Shown: piece by piece, positions 53,530 to 64,000 of the stretch | Layout: every line of letters starts with the position of its first letter | How positions within the stretch are numbered: the stretch's first letter is position 1 | Source of the DNA: Octopus vulgaris | Taxonomy: Eukaryota | Direction of reading: 5' to 3' | NCBI GenBank assembly: GCA_951406725.2 | Contig: OX597824.1 | Location: forward strand, 38,378,001 to 38,442,000 | DNA length: 64,000 nt | The notes under the pieces: model-generated | Database searches by the model: none | Told to the model about the DNA's origin: nothing | The model's input: only the letters and a program-made list of their open reading frames with translations | Translations under genes and position numbers: made by a program

Positions 53530-54020
53530 CTAGTAGTAGTAGTAGCAGTAGTAGTATTAGTAGTAGTGGTAGTGGTAGTAGTAGTGGTGGTGGTGGTGGT
53601 AGTAGTTAGTAGTAGTAGTGGTGGTGGTGGTGGTGGTGGTAATAGTAGTAGTAGTGGTGGTGGTGGTGGTGGGGTAGTAGTAGTAGTAGTTGAGGTGATA
53701 TGGTGGTGCTGGTGGTGGCGGCGGCGGTAGTGGTGGTGGTGGTGGTAATTGTGGTGGCTGTGGCGACGGTGGTGCTAGGGGTGGTGGTGGCGATGGTGAT
53801 AGTGTTAGTGTTATTGGTAGTGGTGGTGGTGTTAGTGTTAGTGGTACTGGTAGTGGTAGTGTCAGTGGCGGCATCAGTGGTGGTGATTCTGGTGACTGTA
53901 ATGTTTGGGTGGTAGTGGTGGTGGTGGTGGTGGTGATGGTGATGGTGGTGCTGGCGCCGGTGATGGGGATGACTGCGATCGTGGTGGTGGTGGTGGTGGT
54001 GGTGATGGTGGTGATGGCGA
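53530..54020. repeat. Degenerate (GGT/AGT)n array
   Basis: Complementary in composition to the 49620-51955 array. Confidence 0.9.
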
Positions 54021-54385
54021 TAATGAAAGTGAATAAATGGGAGAAAGATAAGTGAAAGCAACAACCACAACCTCAACAACAGGAAGAACAACAAAAACAA
54101 CAGCAACAACAAGTCACTAATACAGATTGAAAACGAGGCGAGAATTGTTTTTGTTTTGTTTTTTGACACTATTATAAGAAGCAGTAAATATATAAAGTAA
54201 ATATATACATAGCAATGTATGTGTGTATGTATGTATGTATGTATGTATGTATGTATGTATGTATGTATGTATGCATGTATGTATGTGTGTGTGTATGTAT
54301 GTATGTATGTGTGTGTGTATGTATGTATGTGGATGTTTGTATGTGTGCATGTATGTGCGTACATGTATGTATGCATCTGTGTGTG

Positions 54386-54432
<47 letters not shown>

Positions 54433-54556
54433 TGTGTGTGTGCATGTGTGTATGCATGTGTATAGGTGCATATATAAACAGATACACACACATACACTTA
54501 AATATATATGTATGCGTATATGTGTGCTTGTATGTATGTTTGTATATATATCTATA

Positions 54557-54589
<33 letters not shown>

Positions 54590-54670
54590 ATTCTTTTATT
54601 CTTATAAACAAATATATTTCAACATACATGCATATATATACGTTCACACATACATACGTACGAACACATG

Positions 54671-54741
<71 letters not shown>

Positions 54742-54756
54742 ATATATATATGTATA

Positions 54757-54808
<52 letters not shown>

Positions 54809-54999
54809 ATGTATGTATGTATATATATATATACGTATGCATGTACATGTACTTATGTATTTATTCATACATTTATGCGCAAATGCTTACGTGCAAATAT
54901 AGAATGTATAGTAAGCTTCGTATATCTGTTTCCGACTGTTTGTGTATACAAAAGAGTTATGTTTACAGAAAGTGTAAGAGAGAAAGAAAGACAGTGAAC

Positions 55000-55063
<64 letters not shown>

Positions 55064-55181
55064 AGAAAGATTAATAGAAAGAGAGAGAGAGAGAGGCGAA
55101 TAGGAAGGAATAAAGTTTCTGTTGCTTCTGTTTTTTTTTTTTTTTTTTATTTCTCTACATCCAGTTCCATCGTTGATCAAC

Positions 55182-55187
55182 ACTTAC

Positions 55188-55190
<3 letters not shown>
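55182..55190 (-). promoter_or_regulatory. Candidate splice donor of an upstream GA-rich 5'-UTR exon
   Basis: GGG|GTAAGT consensus 2.9 kb upstream of the acceptor at 52291, which needs an upstream donor. There is no other support. Confidence 0.3.
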
Positions 55191-55222
<32 letters not shown>

Positions 55223-55720
55223 TCTCTTTTACCCTCTCCTTACCTCTCTTCCTTCACCTCTTTCCTTCTCCCTCTGTGTGAGTGTATGTGTGTGTGCGTG
55301 TGTGTGTGTTTATCAATGTTTACGTCCTCTTCCTTAACATCTCTCCACCTTTTCACTCAATCCCTATCTCGCTCAAACTCTCTCTCTTTATTAGCATATG
55401 CCCCCCCTCTACCCTTATATCTTTCTCAATACCGCGTCTTTTCCTTTCTTCTTTCTCTCTTCTCACCTTCTCACTCTCTCTTTTTTTGCTCTTTCTCAGC
55501 GTCTCCCCCCAGCTCTCTCTCAATCTCTACTCGCTAAAATCTTCGTTTTCTCTCTGTGCATATTACCATCTCTCCCTATCGTCTCTCTCTTTCTCTCTCT
55601 CTCTTTCAATCTCTCACTCTCAGATATAACCCTCTCTCTCTCAACATATCTCTATCTTTCTCTCTTCTCGTTTCACCTTATTCCAACCCAAAAGCATTAA
55701 ACAAGCTACTACGTATATGT

Positions 55721-55752
<32 letters not shown>

Positions 55753-56050
55753 TCACACTTATGTACACGTGCAGACATACGCATAAACATGCATGAACAC
55801 AAGTATGTATATATATATATGTATATACATATATGTATATATATATATATATACACACTTACTATACTTAAAACAGGCGCAGGTCCATAGACACATCCAC
55901 ATATCCATATACAAAACCACAAGTATATATATATATATACATACACCAAAGTATTACGTAAATAAATACATACTTAAACATACATATGCAAGTACGTGTT
56001 TAAGCACACACACTGGTCGACATATGCATATACATACACACATACATACA

Positions 56051-56086
<36 letters not shown>

Positions 56087-57211
56087 TGTATGTATGTATG
56101 TATGTATGTATGTGTGTATGTGTGTGTGTGTGTGTGTATGTGTGTGCGTGCGTGTGTGTGTGTATGTGTATTAACTCGTGCATACATACAATCACATACT
56201 TTTCTTATTCTTGCAATCTTCCAGTCGGATTAACATATGGTTCACCCGCACGCACGCATACACTCACACACACGCATACACAATCATAAGAAGTCTTATA
56301 CATATGCACATATAACGACAAACAAACGCACAAAAAAAAAAAAAAAAAAGCAGAAGTGCATTTGGCAAAAATTGGCACTCCGTCAATTACGACGACGAGT
56401 GTTTCCAGTTGATCCAATCAAAGAAACAGCCTGTTCGTGAAATCAAACGTGAATGTGGCCGAGCACTCCACAGACACGTGTACCCTTAACGTAGTTCTCA
56501 GGGAACTTCAGCTATCGCTGGCCCTGCTCCTTGTTGCTAGCTGAGTGGACTGGAGCAATGAGACACACACGCACGCACGCACGCACACACATGCGCGGGT
56601 ACATACACCGATCCTATGGCATACATATTTTCAAAACGCAGGAACAAAATACACAATGACTGGCAATCATACATAGATACATACATACATACATACATGC
56701 ACGCATGCATGCATACATACATACATACATACATACATACATGCATGCATACATACATACATACATACATACATACGTACATACATACATACATACATAC
56801 ATACATGCATGCATACATACAAACATGCATGCATGCATGCATACATACATACATACATACATATATATTTATATATATTAATAGTATGACAACAGAAGAG
56901 TGAATGAGAACTCGATATTATGTAAATAGAGGAATTTATCTGTAATATACTATGTGACAGTTATTCGGTTGCCATAATAAAACGCCGAGTTTCAGATGTC
57001 CGGGCGCGTATGTGCGGATGTACATCCATACACATGTGCGCACGCACACTCACGTACATGTACATATATGCATATGCTCACTCATACTCGCGTGAAACAC
57101 ATACATGCACATCCACATGCACACCTATATACATATATATATATATAACGGGAAGCTTTATGAAAATAAACAAAAGACGAAGGCAGGTGGAAAACAAAAT
57201 GAACAATTGTA

Positions 57212-57251
<40 letters not shown>

Positions 57252-57255
<4 letters not shown>

Positions 57256-57975
57256 TCTTTCCAAGTGCATAAAATGCAGACGGCTAGCTGGATGGATTCT
57301 CCGAACTTTCAGAACAAGAGAGAAGGAGACACTGATGGTCCTGTGGAAAACTTTTGTCCACAGCCGCTTGGACTACTGCTCCCAACTATGGTCACCACAC
57401 AATATAAAGCTAACAGCAGAACTCCAAGCAATTCAAAGAAGCTCCACTAAGAAGTTCGTCTCAATGCAATATATCAGCTACTGGGAAAGACTGAAAGTAT
57501 TAAAACTCTTCTCCCTAGAGCGAAGGCGGGAGAGATATGCGGTGATATACACCTGAAAAATCCTGGAGGGTCTTGTCCCAAACTTTGGCATTCAAAGTTA
57601 CCTCAACTGCAGAACGGGGCGCCACTACATAGTGCCAAAGATTCCAACATCACCATCAAAATACAGGACCAGATACTGCAACAGCTTGGGTTTCAGAGGA
57701 CCACAGCTCTTCAACATCCTCCCTAAATGCCTGAGATACTTGCATGGTGTGGATGTGGGTTTCTTTAAAACTAAATTGGATCTCTTCTTGTCGAGGGGTC
57801 CCAGATGAACCTACCTCACGGCAGGAGACACAGATGCGGGCAGCGGCATCGAACTCCCTTGTTGACCAAGTGCCACGTATCAGAGATGGATTCACATATT
57901 AGTGTAGCTCATTCAGCAGTGGTACCCCAGCATCGCCACAGCCTTCGGGCTGAAACATTTTTAAGGATTAAGGAT
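57252..57975 (+). mobile_element. CR1-clade LINE 3' end
   Basis: GWILRTF...LWKTFVHSRLDYCSQLWSPH...ISYWERLKVLKLFSLERRRER, a 3' hairpin AGCCTTCGGGCT and a (TAAGGAT)2 tail. Confidence 0.85.
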
Positions 57976-58299
57976 TTGCGTCAATCCACTCACCTAATAA
58001 TCCTTTATCTATCGCAAATATATATATATATGCAACCATACACATGTACACATATACATATCCGCACACACGCACACGCACACGTTTATATACCCATATG
58101 CGCACAATTATATTTATATACACGTGTTTATACGCACATGCACAAAAATGCAGGGTGAAAGGTAATATACAGAAAAAATATGTAAAAGTATATAGAGCAA
58201 GAAAAATATATAAAAATATATATACAAATATGTAAAAAAATATATATATAAATATAGAGAGATAAATTGCTTTTACGTGGACACAATATAAAAAGCAGG

Positions 58300-59255
58300 T
58301 TCTATTTGTGATCTTGGAACAAATATTTAGCCATATATGGACATGAACTAAAAAGTTCAGTTCTTGAATTCAGACATGTAGCAGGGTCTAAGCTGCTTTT
58401 CCAGATGAGCCATCTTTTCATATCGCAAAAACCACACTTTCCACTGCCATTGGTGTAAGGCTAACACTTGGCTAAGATCTTCCAATGGATGTTGTAACTG
58501 ACCCTCTTTTTCTTTTAAGGACCATTTATAACTGGATAATTTGGTTGTTTTTCTTTTTTCCCAGTGTCTAAAAGTGCAAGATGTGATTGTTGAACCTGGC
58601 TTTAACATTCCTCCCACAAATACCAATGGATCAGCACAAGATCGGTTTAGGAAGGACATTATCCAAATGATGAAAACTTTCGGTCGTAGCGTAACTACAG
58701 ATACCAACCTGATGGTTGTCAATTTCCTGGATATTCCCTTAGATTTAAATAAGAATATTTACAAGCCTTATAAGAAGCCCAACGATAGACTTAATTATGA
58801 TAATGTAGGTTCCTGGCATCCCCCCATAGTGTTTAAAATTTAGTTAAAACATTAGCAAAAGAATTTCTAGACTTTTCTCCGATGGGGACATCTTTAATAG
58901 TGTTGCCCCAGCATATAATAATGCACTAAAAGATAGTGAATTTAGCGAGAAAATAACCTATACACCTGTTACCAGTCCAATAATAAAGAAAAGGAAACTT
59001 AGGAATAGGAAATCTATCTGGTTCACACACCCTTATTCCCTCGAAGTGACCTTTAATATAGGTAAATATTTCTTATCACTTATAGATAAGCATTTTCCAA
59101 TCAATAATAATTACAGAAAGCTCTGCATTAGACATAATTTTAAAAATATAATCGCATTCAACACACAAAAACAACAAAATGAAACCAGCAGGAATAAAAA
59201 TTTGTGCCCACTAAATGGAGTTTGCATGTCCAAGACCACCATTTATGAAGCCACC
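58300..59255. mobile_element. Penelope-like element remnant with internal inversion
   Basis: Plus 58625-59255 reads VVNFLDIPLDL..YKPYKKPN..HPP, NIGKYFLSLIDKHFP, CPLNGVCMSKTTIYEAT. Minus 58624-58300 reads GIC..NVKARFNNH, TKLSSYKWSLK, WKILAKC..CGFC (GIY-YIG region). Confidence 0.8.
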
Positions 59256-59682
59256 GGATTCTATGAGCGTGGGTTGACCGCGGTGGGAATTGAACTCGGA
59301 GTGCAGAAAGCTGAAACTCAGACAACGAGGCCACTAGAGTGCGGGCATACCGTAGAATGTATGTATATTTTATGTAATAGTATCGGGTGTGTATAACGTA
59401 TAATATATACTGTATTCGTACTTTTGCGTACAAGGTAATGTACACGTACGCGCGCGCACCCTCAAACATACATATATATGCGTGTGCATCTCGTACATGT
59501 ATGTGTATATATATATATATGTGTGTGTACATTCGTGCGCATGTGTGTGTGTATACACACAAAAGTTTATCAGTAACTTCAGAGTTTCGCCGGAAGCCAG
59601 TTTCATCAAAGTGTTTGACAATACTTACCACAATCAAACCTCCGGAGTCACTGTCAAGGTTTTTTCTGGGTGTGTATATATG

Positions 59683-59890
<208 letters not shown>

Positions 59891-61696
59891 CCTGTCTGTC
59901 TGTCTGTCTATTATATATGGTGTATATTTCTCTATAAACTCACTACCTTAACCTACAATACCTTATACACAAAAGCATGCATATAGTATAAATTCTACAC
60001 TATACACACTCAACACTACAACTTGCAATATACATACATAAATATATTCTGCATTATGCTCAACACTTTAAATGCAATAACTATTCAGTTCCGATATACG
60101 ACACGCGGTATACACACTCAATACTACACGTTCTACTTTAACGTATATACACTGCACTTCACAACCCACAAACACGTGTGTCCACAACTATTCATTCTAT
60201 CTAAGACAATTAGACTGTCTTTTCCTTGAAGATGTGTCAATCATGAAGAATTATTGATTCTTGAAATTGTCCCACTTTCTCGTTTAACATTGGTTCCATT
60301 TATCGTCACGCGATTGTTCTCTCTGCTCTGGAAATGGAGATAACTTCAACAAATGTAGAATTTATCCTTTATATTCTTTATCCTTTTGCTTGTCCCGTGT
60401 ATTACCTGTGATACACAGAACATATTTCCTTGGCGTCTACGCATTATTTATTATACACATTTCTGATTTCTTTCAACCTCCAGAATGACTTTAGGTCTTA
60501 TGAAAGGAAAGCTTAATTATTACTACGAACGTATGAAACAAGGGCCAACTAAAAATCTGAAAACAAGCGGGGGTGTTTGAGACAAACTCATGAAGATTCT
60601 TTGGACATGCAAAGGGTTAATATACCCTTATTCCTATTTGTTGGTCAAATACACGCTACTCTCAATTTTATACCCTTACCTCATTTTCGTTTCAATTTAT
60701 ACATGATATATACATAAAATTTACATAAAATACATACAGTATAAAATTAATAAGTGAAATACTTTCAACTCAAACAATAAATATTATACATGTATTGGTG
60801 TTAAAATTTGAATCTCCTTTGCTTTTGATGATAAATATCACGTTGTTCAATCAACTGAACTATCTCCTTATTGTTTGGGAGCAAGTAGTTGAGTATTCCA
60901 CTGATAAATGAATTGTAAACATAATCCTGAAGCAGCGTTAAGGGGGGAAAAGGACAGCGCAGGAGCGTAAAAGAAGAGAAACTGAGACCCAATCTTCTGC
61001 GTGGTACCATTGAGACTATAAGGTTCAAGTAACTTCAAAGGAAGTACTTGTATTCCTAAGGTGCATTGCAATATCGATGTGCTTCCTAACTCCGGTTGCG
61101 AAATCGTGATAGCAACAACCTAACTATTAGGTTATGCACCCTCTTGCAATAGGTATATGAAGAAGGACTATGAGGAATTTAGGGAATCAGATTGAAACAT
61201 GAGGATGTTATAGGTTTGTAGATATTCCCCCAGAAATATGTTGGATGTAGAAATCATAGCAAAATAGTGATTTGTGAATTGGAGAGAGAAGTAGATATTC
61301 AATAATAAATTTCCGGAATGTAAATGGGAATTTGTCAAAGTGGAGATACTTAGTGAAGTACTTGGAACTTATATTAAAATAATTCGGAAAGTGATTTTTA
61401 TGGTGTTTTTTCCCTCACTAGAAAACTTTTCGGCTACGCACAAATGGCATTATCTTGTACCGGTTATATAGGTTTGCTTTACTTTAAGATCATTAATTTA
61501 ATTTCCCATTTTAGTGTTTTGTCCTTTCAGTCAATCCTTGTGCCAAAATTTGAAACCAATATGTATATATGGACTAATACAGTTTTTAATCAGCAATATT
61601 GCAAATAGAAAATATTGTTAACTAAAAAAATGGCGTTTCTATTAGTTTATCTAACCACTGTGTGTACAGATGTATGTATCGTATGCATTTCCCAAG

Positions 61697-61792
<96 letters not shown>

Positions 61793-61876
61793 TCATGCAT
61801 ATATATGTAGTAGTTGCACACTGTGTGTGTGTGTGTGAATGTGTGCGTATTACAGAGGATAGTATGTATCACTCAA

Positions 61877-61907
<31 letters not shown>

Positions 61908-62518
61908 CATACACACATGTATCATATTAATTCAGTGATCGTTCGTTCGTAGTAAGTTACATAGAATGTATTAGGGAGACATCGTCAACATAAAATGTTA
62001 TCTATGCATTAATACAGGGCATTAGCTACAAACAAACAGGAATATGCGCACATACACATATACATACACACATATGTGCACGCACACTCACGCACACAAT
62101 TTTACGGGTAGTGGATAAATATACGAAATACATACAACATGTTAGCTACATATTTTGAGTGAAGGGTGGCTTCGTATGTATATTCGGGGTGGATGGTAGG
62201 GTAGTAGTTACTATACGTTCTGTTGGATGCCAGATACATGCTAAGGACGTAAACGGTGCATAAGTTTGTATTAAGGTTGATGGAAGCTAAATGTTTTCGT
62301 TAGCTGCTGGTAGGTATGTGTTTGGGATTGGGTAAAGCTGGTTGCTAGGTAAATAGGTAACCAGGGAGGAAGGAGGTGTATGTTGTCCCTTCCTCACACA
62401 TAAACACAAGCTCCTCTTCCTCTTCCTCATCGTCTTCCTCTCCTCCTCCTCCTTCTCACCATTATCATCATCACTACCACCACCACCACTACCACCACCA
62501 CCACCACCACCACCACCA

Positions 62519-62573
<55 letters not shown>

Positions 62574-62889
62574 TCTCCTCCTACCCGTTCATTATCATTA
62601 TCTTTATCATCATCAACATCATCGTTGTCATCATCATCGTCGTCGTTGTCGTCATCATCATTGCCGTCGTCACCATCGTCGACATTGTCGTCATCGTCGG
62701 TGCCATTGTCGTTCTTGTTGTTTGCGTTGTTGTCATCATCATCATCATCATATCATCATCACCACCACCATCATCATCATTAACGTCACCATTATCCTGT
62801 CACCACCACGTATTCGTTCAGTCCTCCCCCCCCACCTGCATATGCTTCGTTGATTTGTGAGTTTATATCAAACTGCTGATATCACACCA

Positions 62890-63110
62890 ATTTGTTGTGT
62901 GAAACTTGAATACTGTACTCAGCAATGGAGAAAAAATGGAAACCTTTGGCACGCGGATCTTTCGCAGACTGAACAGGACAAAATGGAAAGACACGGTAAC
63001 AAATGATGCAGTATTAGAAAAGCCGAAAGATCAAAGGTACCTAATCTCCAGAAACAAGTCTACAAAACTTTCATATTTTGATCATAATGCCCAAGACCAT
63101 CACGACGGCT
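62890..63110 (+). mobile_element. RTE-clade LINE fragment
   Basis: KMETFGTRIFRRLNRTKWKDTVTNDAVL...KLSYFDH. Confidence 0.7.
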
Positions 63111-63377
63111 AGTTACCGCAGAACTACACAACTTTCATCCTCTCTGCTTGTCAACACAAACGGGTAACCTCTTTTATTCTTTCCCTTCCATCCGCTCTCC
63201 TAGCAGTCGACAAAAGATGAGCATAACTACCTACGAAATAAACAATAGAACTTATATTTGTACAATAACATCTCTAAGAAGTTGTATCTTGCATTGTAAG
63301 AAGACAATAAAGGCCATATCAACTAATAATTTTCTCCTCTCATATTTTGTGAATGTATTCGTTACATACATATATAC

Positions 63378-63410
<33 letters not shown>

Positions 63411-63486
63411 TGTATGTATGTATGTATGTATGTATGTATGTATGTATATGTGTGAGTGTGAGTGTGTGTGAGTGTGTGCGTGTGTG

Positions 63487-63932
<446 letters not shown>

Positions 63933-64000
63933 GGAAAATATATATTCTACAGAAAATAAAGAGTACCAGCAGGGTCGGTTCTCTTTGGAGGCACTTACTA

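Noticed and set aside
59578-59614. Minus-strand TTGATGA...GAAA motif, also the decayed motifs at ~7785 and ~32115
   Set aside because: Core nucleotides are mutated, so they are treated as dead PLE ribozyme relics.

Overview
AT-rich, microsatellite-saturated animal genomic DNA. The tRNA-derived SINE families, Helitron ends and repeat mix look like a coleoid cephalopod, most likely Octopus (inference). Nearly all ORFs in the supplied track are simple-repeat artefacts or transposon debris: R4/Dong-type, RTE and CR1-type LINEs, Penelope-like elements (PLEs), mariners, Chapaev3, an ISL2EU-type element, Helitrons, MITEs and three SINE families. One spliced minus-strand host gene can be assembled from exons 52290-52047, 24981-24901 (less certain), 16103-16035 and 15974-15006, all joining in phase 0. 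It gives a ~450-aa multi-pass membrane protein whose motif spacing follows the fungal ER protein Ice2 (SERINC superfamily). That comparison is from remembered motifs, not a database search. Other points of interest are several minimal hammerhead-ribozyme-like motifs at PLE-type ends (two in sense inside the gene's introns), two twin-priming-like 5' inversions in non-L1 retroelements, modular Helitrons, fold-back palindromes and a ~1-kb inverted duplication whose centre looks like an assembly mosaic. Repeat boundaries are approximate unless TSDs or TIRs are quoted.
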